DNA of 64,000 bases from Pseudomonadota bacterium (GCA_027624955.1 JAQBTG010000003.1:23163-87162), one strand, 5' to 3'; numbered from the stretch's first letter, positions 39,704 to 50,530 are shown. Made by a program: numbers and translations. Notes: generated from the sequence alone by a model not told the origin.

Positions 39704-41055
39704 CAAAGGCAAAGAAGCCCTCAGCAGCTACTGTTTCCGCAGCTACTGTTTCCAACGTTCCCGGCGGAGCGGAAACGCCGCATGAATACGGCATAGAAAC
39801 GCTGGCACTTCATGCCGGCGCGCGGCCCGACCCCGTGACTGGCGCCCGCTCGACGCCAATTTTCCAAACCACTGCCTTCGTTTTCGACGATGCCGAGCAT
39901 GCGGCTGAACTCTTCAATCTTCAGACCTTCGGCTTTATCTATTCGCGCCTGACCAATCCGACGGTGGCGGTGCTCGAGGAAAGAATCGCGGCGCTTGAAG
40001 GCGGGCGCGGCGCACTGGCTGCGGCGTCCGGACATGCCGCACAGTTTCTCATCGGTGTGACCCTGTTGGAAAGTGGCGACGAGTTCCTCGCTTCGCGCAA
40101 TCTCTACGGCGGATCGGTAACGCAATTCGGTAGCAGCTTTCCAAAGCTCGGCTGGAAATGCCACTTCGTCGATCCACGCGATCCTGAGAATTTCGCGCAG
40201 GCGATGACCGACAAAGTGAAATTTATCTTTTGTGAGGCTCTCGCCAATCCTGGTGGCATTGTGCTCGACATCGAAAAAATTGCCGAAGTCGCACACCGCC
40301 ATGGCGTGCCCCTGGTGGTCGACAACACCCTGGCGTCACCGTATTTGCTGAAGCCATTCGAATGGGGCGCCGATATCATCGTCCATTCGACCACTAAATT
40401 CATTGGTGGCCATGGCAATACGATGGGCGGAATGATCGTGGAATCGGGCAAGTTCGACTGGTTCCAGAACGACAAGTTCCCTGCCCTCACCGAGCCTGAT
40501 GCGGCCTATCACGGCCTGACCTTCGCCGAGACGTTCGGCGATTTCGCCTTCACGATGAAGACTCGCGCTGTGGCGCTTCGGGATTATGGCCCGACGCTGG
40601 CGCCGATGGCGGCGTGGAATCTACTACAGGGCGTGGAGACCCTGCCGCTCCGGATGGAACGACATTGCAGCAATGCGCAAACCGTGGCCGAGTATCTCGA
40701 AGCACATCCAAAAGTGGCTTGGGTATCCTATGCCGGGCTGAAGTCCAGTCCGTATCATGAACTGGCGAAAAAATACCTGCCTAAGGGATGCGGCGCCGTG
40801 TTCACCTTTGGCGTCAAAGGCGGCTACGAGGCCGGCATTCAAGTAGTCGATAAGGTCAATATGTTTTCGCATCTCGCCAATATCGGCGATACGCGGAGCC
40901 TCATCATTCATCCCGCTTCGACCACCCATCGCCAACTCTCTGAAGAACAACAAATTGGCGCGGGCGCCGGGCCGGACGTGGTGCGTCTCTCTATCGGTAT
41001 CGAAACAGTCGAGGATATTATCGCCGATCTGGATCAGGCCCTGGCTTCTATTTAG
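39700..41055 (+). CDS. metY: O-acetylhomoserine aminocarboxypropyltransferase (O-acetylhomoserine sulfhydrylase)
   Basis: 451 aa of the Cys/Met-metabolism PLP-enzyme family (...HSTTKFIGGHG..., THRQLSEEQQ...LSIGIE). Confidence 0.85.
   Translation: MTKAKKPSAATVSAATVSNVPGGAETPHEYGIETLALHAGARPDPVTGARSTPIFQTTAFVFDDAEHAAELFNLQTFGFIYSRLTNPTVAVLEERIAALEGGRGALAAASGHAAQFLIGVTLLESGDEFLASRNLYGGSVTQFGSSFPKLGWKCHFVDPRDPENFAQAMTDKVKFIFCEALANPGGIVLDIEKIAEVAHRHGVPLVVDNTLASPYLLKPFEWGADIIVHSTTKFIGGHGNTMGGMIVESGKFDWFQNDKFPALTEPDAAYHGLTFAETFGDFAFTMKTRAVALRDYGPTLAPMAAWNLLQGVETLPLRMERHCSNAQTVAEYLEAHPKVAWVSYAGLKSSPYHELAKKYLPKGCGAVFTFGVKGGYEAGIQVVDKVNMFSHLANIGDTRSLIIHPASTTHRQLSEEQQIGAGAGPDVVRLSIGIETVEDIIADLDQALASI
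39724..39753. repeat. Perfect 15-bp tandem duplication (GCAGCTACTGTTTCC x2) in the metY 5' region
   Basis: Direct read. Encodes AATVS-AATVS in the N-terminal extension. Confidence 0.6.
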
Positions 41056-41543
41056 GGGTGCATGAGGTCGCGGGCGTAGCACACCGCTTCAGCCACGGTG
41101 ACGCCGGCATAGGGCGAAATCAGCTCGAATTCCAATTCGCCGTAGAGCGCCCGTGCCGCCCGCCACCCCGGCAGGGTGTGCAGCACCATGCGCTGATGAC
41201 CGGCCGCTGCCGCTTCTGCTAGAGCGCGAGATATCAGAGCGCGGGCGATGCCGCGGCCGCGATAGTCCGGGCGCACAAATAGCCGCGACATTTCCGCCAC
41301 AGTATCATCGAGACGCGCAAACCCCACGCCGCCGGCAATCGATTCGCCGTATTCAGCAAGAAAAAAGTTGTTTCCGGGAAAATCATAGGACGCCGGCAGG
41401 ACGCGCAAGCCCGCCTCAACTTCGTCGCGGCAGGCGTTTTCGTCGATGGTGGCAATATATTCCCGAATGAGGTCGCGAATAGCGGAGGTATCCGGGGAAA
41501 ACCGAGCGCAACGAATGGTTAATGCGGGCATTCCGGCAGCCAA
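41052..41543 (-). CDS. GNAT family N-acetyltransferase
   Basis: 163 aa with an acetyl-CoA-binding motif (RGRGIARALI). 4-nt convergent overlap with metY. Confidence 0.7.
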   Translation of the reverse strand: MAAGMPALTIRCARFSPDTSAIRDLIREYIATIDENACRDEVEAGLRVLPASYDFPGNNFFLAEYGESIAGGVGFARLDDTVAEMSRLFVRPDYRGRGIARALISRALAEAAAAGHQRMVLHTLPGWRAARALYGELEFELISPYAGVTVAEAVCYARDLMHP

Positions 41544-41719
41544 TCCTGGAGACGATTTGTTATTATTTCACCGCCCGCCGGAAAAATCCCTATGAAAATG
41601 GTGGCTGTTCGCCGATTGCCGCCACGAATTGAAGCCGCTAAATTCATCGATGAGCTTGTCACCATCATCGGGCTTGGCTACAAGTGCCGGTAGGAATCGC
41701 CAAATATTGGGGCCAGTCG

Positions 41720-42691
41720 ATGCAGGTTATATTAGCGGAACCGAGGGGCTTTTGCGCCGGAGTAGAGCGCGCCATCGAAATCGTTGAGCGCGCAATCGAA
41801 GTTTATGGCGCACCGGTCTATGTGCGACATGAAATCGTCCACAACAAACGCGTCGTAGCTGAGCTTCGCGAAAAAGGCGCGATCTTCGTTGAGGAAGTGA
41901 GTGAGGTACCCGACGGCGCGGTGACGATCTTTAGTGCGCATGGCGTTGCCGAAAGCGTCGAAATCGAGGCGCGCAAACGCGGCCTGCCGGTGATAGATGC
42001 GACCTGCCCGCTCGTTGCCAAAGTCCATGTCGAGGCGCAGCGCTATGAATCTGATGGCGACGAAGTCATCCTGATCGGACATGAAGGCCACCCCGAAGTT
42101 GAAGGCACCAGCGGCCGGTTGCGCAAAGGACCACAGATTGTCGCGACGGCCGAAGATGTGCAGTCGGTCAGCGTGTCCAACCCCGACAAAGTGGCCTATG
42201 TCACCCAAACCACCCTTAGCGTCGATGATACACGCGAGGTTATCGAGGCGTTGAAAAAGCGCTTTCCGAAAATATCCGGCCCAGACGTCAAAGACATTTG
42301 CTACGCAACGCAAAACCGCCAGGCAGCCGTGCGAGCCCTTGCGGAAGACGTTCAACTCATCTTGGTGGTCGGAGCGCGCAACAGTTCCAACTCGAACCGC
42401 CTGCGCGAGATCGGCGAGGAAATGGGCGTGCCGACCTACCTCGTGGAAGATGCCAGCGATTTGAATCACGGCTGGTTTGCCGGCGTGGACCGGGTCGGCA
42501 TTACCGCCGGCGCCTCTTCGCCCGAGCAATTGGTGCGCGAATTATATGAGAAGCTGGGTGAATTTTCCGACGTCGAACTCAAATTCCAGGATGGCATCAA
42601 AGAGCGTGTGCGCTTTAAGTTGCCGGAAGAACTTGTCCGCGCGGGTGAAGATGGCCGCACGCCCGGCCATGAACAAATCACCGCACCCTAG
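41720..42691 (+). CDS. ispH: 4-hydroxy-3-methylbut-2-enyl diphosphate reductase
   Basis: [23 protein letters not shown] and the three conserved Cys of LytB. Start at the internal ATG. Confidence 0.9.
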   Translation: MQVILAEPRGFCAGVERAIEIVERAIEVYGAPVYVRHEIVHNKRVVAELREKGAIFVEEVSEVPDGAVTIFSAHGVAESVEIEARKRGLPVIDATCPLVAKVHVEAQRYESDGDEVILIGHEGHPEVEGTSGRLRKGPQIVATAEDVQSVSVSNPDKVAYVTQTTLSVDDTREVIEALKKRFPKISGPDVKDICYATQNRQAAVRALAEDVQLILVVGARNSSNSNRLREIGEEMGVPTYLVEDASDLNHGWFAGVDRVGITAGASSPEQLVRELYEKLGEFSDVELKFQDGIKERVRFKLPEELVRAGEDGRTPGHEQITAP

Positions 42692-42731
42692 CCAGAACGC
42701 GACAGCAGAGCCCGGAAAGGCCGTATAGAAA

Positions 42732-43907
42732 ATGTCGGTACCTCTCATACAACAAATTCGCGTCGGCGCTTATGTGCTTTCGAAGCGCATCCGGCGGACC
42801 AAGCGCTATCCGTTAGTGCTCATGCTGGAACCGTTGTTCCGTTGCAACCTCGCCTGCCCCGGTTGCGGCAAGATCGATTACCCGGCGGCGATCCTCGATC
42901 AGCGCCTCAGCCTGGAAGACTGCCTGGCGGCGGTCGATGAATGCGGCGCGCCAATTGTTTCCATTCCGGGCGGCGAGCCACTGATTCATCCTGAGATGAA
43001 GCAGATCGTTGAAGGCATCGTGGCGCGCAAGAAATTCGTCTATCTCTGCACCAATGCCTTGTTGCTGGCCAAGAAACTCGATCAATACACGCCTAGCCCC
43101 TATTTGACTTTTTCGATCCATCTCGACGGCCTGGAAGAGGCACATGATAAGGCGGTCGCGCAAAAGGGAACTTTCAAACGCGCGGTTGCCGCGATCAAAG
43201 AGGCGCAAGCACGCGGCTTTCGTGTCAATGTGAATTCCACCCTATTCGACGGCCACGCGCCGGAGGAAGTGGCGGAGTTTTTCGATTTCGTTACCCATGA
43301 CCTAAAGATTGACGCCATCACCGTGTCGCCCGGCTACTCCTATGAGCGCGCGCCGGACCAAGAACATTTCTTAAACCGTTCAAAGACCAAGACTCTGTTT
43401 CGCGAGATATTTCGTCTCGGCCAAAATAAGAAATGGCGCTTCAGCCAATCCAGCCTGTTCCTCAATTTCCTCGCCGGCAACGAAACCTATGAATGCATGC
43501 CGTGGGGCAATCCGACCCGCAACATCTTCGGCTGGCAGAAGCCCTGTTATTTGTTGGGAGAGGGTTATACGGCGACCTTCCAAGAGCTCATGGAAGATAC
43601 GGAATGGGAAAAATACGGCACCGGAAAATATGATAAATGTGCCGATTGCATGGTTCATTGTGGTTATGAGGCGACCGCCGTCGAGGATACCTTGTCGAAC
43701 CCGTTGAAGGCACTTTGGGTGAATTTGCGCGGCGTCAAGACGACCGGGCCGCTCGCGCCCGAGATCGATTTGAAGAACGCTCGGCCGGCGGAGTATCTGT
43801 TTGAGACTCATGTCGAGACCATGCTCGAGGAAATCGAAGGTGGCGAAAATTCGCCGTCACCCGACGGAGCCAAAAAGCGGAGTGCTCAGGCGAGCCACGC
43901 GGCGTAA
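42732..43907 (+). CDS. hpnH: Hopanoid-biosynthesis radical-SAM protein HpnH (adenosylhopane synthase)
   Basis: CNLACPGCGK radical-SAM cluster motif within an HpnH-like 391-aa protein. Adjacent to ispH, hpnG and shc. Confidence 0.85.
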   Translation: MSVPLIQQIRVGAYVLSKRIRRTKRYPLVLMLEPLFRCNLACPGCGKIDYPAAILDQRLSLEDCLAAVDECGAPIVSIPGGEPLIHPEMKQIVEGIVARKKFVYLCTNALLLAKKLDQYTPSPYLTFSIHLDGLEEAHDKAVAQKGTFKRAVAAIKEAQARGFRVNVNSTLFDGHAPEEVAEFFDFVTHDLKIDAITVSPGYSYERAPDQEHFLNRSKTKTLFREIFRLGQNKKWRFSQSSLFLNFLAGNETYECMPWGNPTRNIFGWQKPCYLLGEGYTATFQELMEDTEWEKYGTGKYDKCADCMVHCGYEATAVEDTLSNPLKALWVNLRGVKTTGPLAPEIDLKNARPAEYLFETHVETMLEEIEGGENSPSPDGAKKRSAQASHAA

Positions 43908-44606
43908 CGCTAAGAAGGCGGTCCGCGCGTCCGGCGCCAACGACAACAGTCCGATGATCTCCCACGGTCGCACGACCAAACTTGCCAAAACAGCGCCAAT
44001 CGATATGGCGCCTTCTGGCGTTACCCCGGCCAAGGCCGATTTGGGAATATTTCTGCTGAACGGGTCGGAAATAACCCTTAGCACCACGAATGGTACGCCA
44101 GCGTCGCGCGCCACCGCGGCCACAGCATGGCTTTCCATATCGCAGGCCAGCGCCCCTGTATGCGTGAAAAGGCCAAGCTTCTCGGCCCGCGCCCGTACCG
44201 CCTGATTGACCCCGACAATCGCCCCACGCCAGCTGTCGTCACCGAGCACGCCAAGCAATTGGCCGGTCAGCTCCGGATCGGCCTGGAGACCGCCATCGTC
44301 GGCCGCCATCTCACGCAAAATGGAACTGTCATGTCCGTTTGGCAGCGGCTGATGCCAGGCAAACACGCGATCGGCAACGATGACCGATCCAGGGCCGAGG
44401 CGCGGATCGTGCCCGCCGGCAAGACCGAAGCTGACTAGAGATTCGGCGCCAGCGGAGAGCAGCTTTTGCGCCATTTCAACCGCGCGTGCCGTTCTAGCGC
44501 CTGAAATTTCAATGCGTTGTTCGATGCCGGAAGCCCTCAGGCAGCGCGCCTCATCTTGCAAACCGCAAATGAAGCCGGCGTTGCGAAAACCATCGGGCGC
44601 CGCCAT
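43857..44606 (-). CDS. hpnG: Hopanoid-associated phosphorylase/nucleosidase HpnG
   Basis: PNP/MTA-nucleosidase-like fold (ISGARTARAVE...LVSFGLAGG) 5 nt downstream of shc. 51-nt convergent overlap with hpnH. Confidence 0.8.
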   Translation of the reverse strand: MAAPDGFRNAGFICGLQDEARCLRASGIEQRIEISGARTARAVEMAQKLLSAGAESLVSFGLAGGHDPRLGPGSVIVADRVFAWHQPLPNGHDSSILREMAADDGGLQADPELTGQLLGVLGDDSWRGAIVGVNQAVRARAEKLGLFTHTGALACDMESHAVAAVARDAGVPFVVLRVISDPFSRNIPKSALAGVTPEGAISIGAVLASLVVRPWEIIGLLSLAPDARTAFLALRRVARLSTPLFGSVG

Positions 44607-44610
44607 GAAG

Positions 44611-46605
44611 CTACATTCCGTAAGGGGTTCGCGGGTCGTTGAGGTCCTTCAAGGAGCGGTAACGCGCTAGCGCCCAAAGCGGAAAATAGGCGCTATAGCC
44701 GTGGTAGCGAAGATAGAACACGCGCGGAAATCCGACGGCGGTAAATTCCGTTTCATCCCATTTTGGCCCGCTACGCTCGGCGCTAAGTAGAAAATTAACG
44801 CCACGTCGCACCGGCTCGCTGTTGGCTTTACCTGCGGCCAGAAGGGTGAGCACGGCCCAGGCGGTTTGCGACGGCGTGCTCAGTTTGGCGAAGGATTTCT
44901 CCGTCCGCTCAGGATAATAACTGTCCCCCGTTTCACCCCAACCACCATCACCGCGTTGTTTCGATTCAAGCCAGGCTACTGCCTTACGGACCGGCGCTGA
45001 GTCCGTATCTACTCCGGCGGCGGCAAGGGCGCATAAGACGGACCAGGTGCCATAAATATAATTTGTTCCCCAGCGGCCAAACCAGGAGCCATTCTCTTCC
45101 TGTTCGCGCAGCAAAAAATCGAGGCCCTTTTTCATCACGGGATGGTCTTCGGGATAACCGAGCTGCGCCAAAAAACTGATACAGCGTGCGCTCACATCGA
45201 CTGTTGGCGCATCAAGCAAGGCGCCGTGATCGGCAAACGGTATATGATTTAGGTAATATTTTTCGTTTTCTGCGTCGAACGAGCCCCAGCCGCCGTTCGA
45301 GCTTTGCATGGCTTCGATCCAGGCGGCGGCGCGGCGCACCGGCTTGCTGTATTTTTCCCGATCGGCGCGGTCGAGAGCCATGGCGACGACCGCCGTGTCA
45401 TCGACATCGGGATAGTAATCATTGTTATATTGAAAGGCCCATCCACCTGCTATCGCGTCGGGCCGCGTTTCAGCCCAATCCCCCTTAACGTCGGTAATCT
45501 GGCGCGCCACCATCCATTCGTTGGTCGTTCGCATGCTCTCGCCGTCCGGTTCTTCGCCGGCTTCCATCATCGCGAGCGCGGCGAGGCAAGTGTCCCAAAT
45601 GGGAGACACACAGGGCTGACAATATTGGCTACCGTCGGTGGGTTTGGTCAGCAGCAGGTCAAGCGAGCGCCGAACGGTCTTGCGGGTTTCATGCTCTTGC
45701 GGATAGCCGAGGCTGTCCAGAACCATCAGTAAATTAGCCATCGGCGGAAATATCGCGCCCAGTCCGTCCTCGCCATTCATGCGTGTCATGCACCACGCCA
45801 GCGCTCGGTCGATCCCGCGCCGGCGAAACGCCATCGGCATGATTTTTTCATAGCCCTTCAACAATCGGTCGATGCCGAGGAAGACCCGCCCTATGCCTCG
45901 CTGGCCCTGAAAATAGTGGCGCTCCTGGAATGCCGGGGTGACGAACAATTCGCGGATATCGATGTTGCGTGGATTCTTCGCCTGCGGACGAAGCGTCATG
46001 AGCGCAAGAAGCGGCACCAAGGTGGTGCGCGACCAATAAGAAATCTTGCTGAGGCTAAAGGGAAACCAGCGCGGAAAATACATGATCTCGATCGGCATCG
46101 ACGGGACCGCACGCCAGGGCACTTGGCCAAACAAGGCGAGCGTTGTGCGCGTAAACACATTGCAGCGCGCCGCGCCGCCATGCGCCAGAACGGCCTCGCG
46201 CGCCCTTTTCATATGTGGCGCTTCGGGGTCGTCGCCGACTAGCTTCAATGCCAAATAGGCTTTGACCGTGCAGCTGATATCGAATTCGCCGCCATGAAAG
46301 AGCGGCCACCCACCATGTGCGCCTTGGCGCGAGCGAATATATACTGCGAGCCGCGTTTCCACGACGTCGTCGATTTCATCGACAAAATGATTGAGCAGTA
46401 CATATTCGGAGGGGATCGTCGCATCGGCTTCGAGTTCGAACAGCCAATGCCCATCTTCGCGCCGCGCTCCACGCAATTCACGGGTGGCATCCTCTATGAC
46501 TCGTTGCAGGTCCTCATCGGACACGGAAACAAGTTTACTATGGTCAGCGGCCGCAACTGTTGCAGGGTTTTCGGCGCTCCGATGAAATTGCGAGACTTGG
46601 GTCAC
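44611..46605 (-). CDS. shc: Squalene-hopene cyclase
   Basis: 664 aa with the DVDDTAVV catalytic motif and multiple QW repeats. Confidence 0.95.
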   Translation of the reverse strand: MTQVSQFHRSAENPATVAAADHSKLVSVSDEDLQRVIEDATRELRGARREDGHWLFELEADATIPSEYVLLNHFVDEIDDVVETRLAVYIRSRQGAHGGWPLFHGGEFDISCTVKAYLALKLVGDDPEAPHMKRAREAVLAHGGAARCNVFTRTTLALFGQVPWRAVPSMPIEIMYFPRWFPFSLSKISYWSRTTLVPLLALMTLRPQAKNPRNIDIRELFVTPAFQERHYFQGQRGIGRVFLGIDRLLKGYEKIMPMAFRRRGIDRALAWCMTRMNGEDGLGAIFPPMANLLMVLDSLGYPQEHETRKTVRRSLDLLLTKPTDGSQYCQPCVSPIWDTCLAALAMMEAGEEPDGESMRTTNEWMVARQITDVKGDWAETRPDAIAGGWAFQYNNDYYPDVDDTAVVAMALDRADREKYSKPVRRAAAWIEAMQSSNGGWGSFDAENEKYYLNHIPFADHGALLDAPTVDVSARCISFLAQLGYPEDHPVMKKGLDFLLREQEENGSWFGRWGTNYIYGTWSVLCALAAAGVDTDSAPVRKAVAWLESKQRGDGGWGETGDSYYPERTEKSFAKLSTPSQTAWAVLTLLAAGKANSEPVRRGVNFLLSAERSGPKWDETEFTAVGFPRVFYLRYHGYSAYFPLWALARYRSLKDLNDPRTPYGM

Positions 46606-46635
46606 GATACCGTTTGGGCCCGGACCTTCCCGGGC

Positions 46636-48549
46636 TTAGGCCCTCAAATCGGCCATCGCCGAATTGCTGCCCAGCGTCGCCAACGCTGTGTTGACGATAT
46701 CAATCGTCGTCAGGCCGGCATCCGCATACATGCCATCTGGCGTGCCGTGGGCGATGAAGCGGTCCGGCAAAGTCATCGGGCGAATTTTGAGGCCGTGGTC
46801 GAGCAAGCCGTCCTTGGCCAGGAATTGCAGGACATGCGCCGCGAATCCGCCAATAGCTCCTTCTTCAATGGTTATCATGACCTCATGCTCGCGCGCCAGA
46901 CGGCGAATCATGTCCTCATCCAAAGGCTTGGCGAAGCGGGCATCGGCGACGGTGCAAGAGAGACCATGCGCCTGCAATTCATCTGCCGCTTCGAGGCTCT
47001 CTTTCAAATGCGCACCGAACGAAAGGATCGCGATCGACGTTCCTTCGCGCAAAATGCGCCCCTTGCCGATTTCGAGCGCTGCGGGCATCTCGGGAATTTC
47101 AACGCCGGTTCCTTCGCCGCGCGGGTAGCGGAAGGCACAGGGGCGGTCATTGATCTCCACGGCGGTGCGCACCATGCGCGTCAATTCAGCCTCATCCGAC
47201 GCCGCCATAACGACGAATCCCGGTAAGGTGGAAAGATAGGTGATGTCGTAACTGCCGGCATGGGTCGGGCCATCCGCGCCGACCAGCCCTGCCCGATCGA
47301 TCGCAAAGCGCACCGGTAGGGATTGGATCGCGACGTCATGCACGATCTGATCGTAGGCGCGCTGCAGGAAAGTCGAATAGATCGTGACAAACGGCTTGAG
47401 CCCTTCAGTCGCCATACCGGCGGCAAAGGTAACTGCATGCTGCTCGGCAATGCCGACATCGAAAGCCCGGTCCGGAAATGCCTCGGTGAATTTATCGATG
47501 CCCGTGCCGCTCGGCATGGCGGCCGTAATGGCGACGATGCTTTCGTCGCGCTCGGCCTCCTTGATCAGCGCATTGGCGAAGACGTTGGTATAGCTCGGTG
47601 GTCCCGAGGCGCCCTTTTTTTGTTCGCCGGTGACGACATTGAATTTCGCCACGCCGTGATATTTATCGCTTGAACTTTCCGCCGGCTCGTAGCCCTTGCC
47701 CTTTTGCGTCACAACATGGATCAGCACCGGCCCGGGCGTTTCGTCGTCCTTGACGTTGTTGAGAATCGGAATCAGATGATCGATATTGTGACCGTCTACC
47801 GGGCCGATATAGTAAAAGCCCAACTCCTCGAACAAGGTGCCGCCGGTGACCATGCCGCGGCCATATTCCTCGACCTTGCGCGCCGCCTCGCCGACCGGCC
47901 GCGGCAGCTTCTTCGAAAAGTGCTTGGCGATCTCACGCAGGCTGCGATAGGAGTGGCTGGATAACAGGCGCGATAGATAGGCGTTGAGCGCACCCACAGC
48001 CGGCGCGATCGACATTTTATTGTCATTCAGGATGACGATCAGTCGGGCGTCCATGGCGCCGGCATTATTCATCGCTTCATAGGCCATGCCGCCGGTCATG
48101 GCGCCATCGCCGATGACGGAAATCACATTGCGTTTTTCACCCTTTAATTCGCGCGCCACTGACATCCCGAGGCCGGCAGAAATAGAAGTCGAGGAATGTG
48201 CCGCGCCAAACGGATCGAACTCGCTTTCGCTGCGCTTGGTGAACCCGTACAGCCCGCCTGGCTGACGAAGGGTGCGGATATTTTCGCGCCGTCCGGTCAG
48301 GATTTTATGTGGATAGGCCTGATGGCCAACATCCCAAATAAGGCGATCGTGCGGTGTATTGAATACATAATGGAGCGCGACGGTCAGCTCGACCACGCCG
48401 AGACCCGCGCCGAGATGGCCGCCGGTTACGGAAACCGCGTCGATCGTTTCCGTACGCAATTCGTCGCATACCTGCTTTATCTCTTTGATCGAGAATTGTT
48501 TAAGATCCTGCGGCGTATTCACACGATCCAGCAATGGCGTATCCGGCAT
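46636..48549 (-). CDS. dxs: 1-deoxy-D-xylulose-5-phosphate synthase
   Basis: 637 aa with a ThDP-binding GDG...N motif and a transketolase-like C-terminus. Typical Dxs N-terminus ([17 protein letters not shown]). Confidence 0.95.
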   Translation of the reverse strand: MPDTPLLDRVNTPQDLKQFSIKEIKQVCDELRTETIDAVSVTGGHLGAGLGVVELTVALHYVFNTPHDRLIWDVGHQAYPHKILTGRRENIRTLRQPGGLYGFTKRSESEFDPFGAAHSSTSISAGLGMSVARELKGEKRNVISVIGDGAMTGGMAYEAMNNAGAMDARLIVILNDNKMSIAPAVGALNAYLSRLLSSHSYRSLREIAKHFSKKLPRPVGEAARKVEEYGRGMVTGGTLFEELGFYYIGPVDGHNIDHLIPILNNVKDDETPGPVLIHVVTQKGKGYEPAESSSDKYHGVAKFNVVTGEQKKGASGPPSYTNVFANALIKEAERDESIVAITAAMPSGTGIDKFTEAFPDRAFDVGIAEQHAVTFAAGMATEGLKPFVTIYSTFLQRAYDQIVHDVAIQSLPVRFAIDRAGLVGADGPTHAGSYDITYLSTLPGFVVMAASDEAELTRMVRTAVEINDRPCAFRYPRGEGTGVEIPEMPAALEIGKGRILREGTSIAILSFGAHLKESLEAADELQAHGLSCTVADARFAKPLDEDMIRRLAREHEVMITIEEGAIGGFAAHVLQFLAKDGLLDHGLKIRPMTLPDRFIAHGTPDGMYADAGLTTIDIVNTALATLGSNSAMADLRA

Positions 48550-48701
48550 GCTCAGTACCCCTCTTCGTGGCGCGCGGGACTTTCTCGATTTTCGATTTTT
48601 TTCGATTCCACGCCTGTTATAAATTACACCAACTCATGAAACGAGCAAGCGCCTTTTGTTTAAATTTGCGGAGTGGTTCGTGGTTAAACCGTTGATATTG
48701 T

Positions 48702-49631
48702 TTAAATACGGTAGGTGTATCTGAGGCCAAACGTATCCAGACCCTCATTATTTTCGTCAATGCCGGCGTTCGAAATATGATCGAGATGAAACGATAGGCC
48801 GTGATGCTCGTCGAACCGATAGCCGAACTCCAATGATTCGCGAAACAGCACCGGCAGGCCCAATTCCTTACGATCCAGTAAATCGGTATCGGTTTCACCG
48901 TCATGCAGCGCAAATCCCAGGCTGCCGCCGGCAAAAAGCCCCCAGCCCAGATCAAACATCCAGGTTCCGCCTACATAAAGCTGATTGGTGTTGCCGTCGG
49001 TGTTGTAGTGGCCGCCAATATGCGGCTCGGGGGACAATATGAAATCCCACAACCAGCCGCCAAATGGCGTGAATCGCAGTTCCATATTGACGTCTTTTCC
49101 GGATTCTTTGCGGTTTCCGAACACCCCGACATCATGTCCGCCGCCACCGATAACAATGGCGCTCAAGCCAAATCCCTCGTGCGATCGCTCTGGCTCACCA
49201 TAGGCCTCAGATGCGTCGGAATCGCCCGTTTGGGCCGATGTGCGCACCAAGAGTGAAGCGGATTGCGGGTTATTGGCTTCACGAAAGGCGAGATCTCTAT
49301 ATCCGGGAAAGGCTGCCACGACGGTAGTGGCGATATATTTTCTGTGGCGCGGCGCCGATGCCATCGCAGTTCGCAATATGGCGGTGGCGTGCTGAGGATG
49401 GTTGGCCAATGCCGATATGACCGCAGCGCTGAAACGCGCCGCCGACGCGCGGCGCTCAGAGGAAGACGTGGCCGCGCGCGTGTCGGCGAAGTCAGCGGCG
49501 CTGCCCGCCGCGGCTATTTCATGCAAGATACTGCCCTGCGCACCGGAGTCCTGTGCCGCCACCCCCCCGCTCAACATTGCGCCCAGGAATAGTGCGCCTG
49601 CCAGTACCATAATTCGCCGAATCATCGCCAT
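48702..49631 (-). CDS. Outer-membrane acyloxyacyl hydrolase (PagL-like lipid A deacylase) family protein with a long Ala/Ser-rich N-terminal extension
   Basis: Signal peptide, then about 110 aa of low complexity, then a beta-barrel-like domain ending HLDHISNAG...FGLRYTYRI (PagL-type H-x-S motif). Family assignment is from memory of the motif. Confidence 0.45.
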   Translation of the reverse strand: MAMIRRIMVLAGALFLGAMLSGGVAAQDSGAQGSILHEIAAAGSAADFADTRAATSSSERRASAARFSAAVISALANHPQHATAILRTAMASAPRHRKYIATTVVAAFPGYRDLAFREANNPQSASLLVRTSAQTGDSDASEAYGEPERSHEGFGLSAIVIGGGGHDVGVFGNRKESGKDVNMELRFTPFGGWLWDFILSPEPHIGGHYNTDGNTNQLYVGGTWMFDLGWGLFAGGSLGFALHDGETDTDLLDRKELGLPVLFRESLEFGYRFDEHHGLSFHLDHISNAGIDENNEGLDTFGLRYTYRI

Positions 49632-49737
49632 ACAAAACCCGCTTCCAACCCCAGTTTCACTGCGCTTGTAGTGTTTCGGCGTCTGCTTGGCAATTCAACG
49701 GAAAATTTCGAAAATATTTTGAATGATCCGTTCAGAA

Positions 49738-50166
49738 TCAAAACGGCAGCCGATCACGGCGCTTGTTGCGGTGGTAGGTCAGCGCCAACTCGATGCAATG
49801 GCGCAACGCTTCTTCAGGCGGATCTTTTTCGACGTCAAATTCAATGCATCTCTTACCGTCAAAGCGCAAAACATCCGAGTAGAATTCCCGGTAAGTCGCC
49901 AGTAGAGATGTCTGGCAGTGAACCATCATGCAATATCGCCCCGGTTTCGATTTGATTTGATCGACGCGGATTGTCGTGCCGCTTTTACTTTCGGTGGTGA
50001 GATAGCTTGGCTGACCCCACTTCACCGTTTCCTCTAGGGGGCCGACATCTTCGAGTTCCGCGGCCGTCGCAAATATGAGATGGCGCAATCGCATCAGTTT
50101 CGCTCTGAGCTTGCCGGGATAGGCGCCAAATATGTCTTTGACCTCTGAATTCTGAAAGGGTTCCAT
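49738..50166 (-). CDS. DUF1801-like small protein
   Basis: 142 aa resembling the YdhG/DUF1801 family. No catalytic motif recognised. Confidence 0.4.
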   Translation of the reverse strand: MEPFQNSEVKDIFGAYPGKLRAKLMRLRHLIFATAAELEDVGPLEETVKWGQPSYLTTESKSGTTIRVDQIKSKPGRYCMMVHCQTSLLATYREFYSDVLRFDGKRCIEFDVEKDPPEEALRHCIELALTYHRNKRRDRLPF

Positions 50167-50254
50167 AACCAGCCAATTCCAAGCACCATTTGTAGGCCGC
50201 GCGAATGTATCATGACCGGTGTCCGGGTAAAATCGGCAAAAGAATCATGCGATT

Positions 50255-50530
50255 TTGAAACCTGTCCTCCGTTGCATCACCACTGCGAAGCAGGCGGAAG
50301 CAAAAGAGATCACGCAGTCGCTATTGGAAGCGCGCCTGATCGCATCGGCGAACATCATCCCTGGCGTCGTTTCTCTCTACCGTTGGCACGGCAAAATTGA
50401 AGAGGCGGCAGTGCAGCAGACCGAGGCAATGCATAGCTACGAATGCCCAAGAATCCTTGTTCTACCGGTGGCGTCTGGCAGCCGGTGTTATTTCGATCGG
50501 ATTGCCGACGAGACTTGCGATTTGAAATAG
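50255..50530 (+). CDS. cutA: CutA-family divalent-cation tolerance protein, apparently with an internal deletion
   Basis: N-terminal (LRCITTAKQAEAKEITQSLLEARLIASANIIPGVVSLYRWHGKIEE) and C-terminal (HSYECPRILVLPVASGSRCYFDRIADE) CutA blocks are present. About 20 aa between them seem to be missing. Confidence 0.55.
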   Translation: MKPVLRCITTAKQAEAKEITQSLLEARLIASANIIPGVVSLYRWHGKIEEAAVQQTEAMHSYECPRILVLPVASGSRCYFDRIADETCDLK

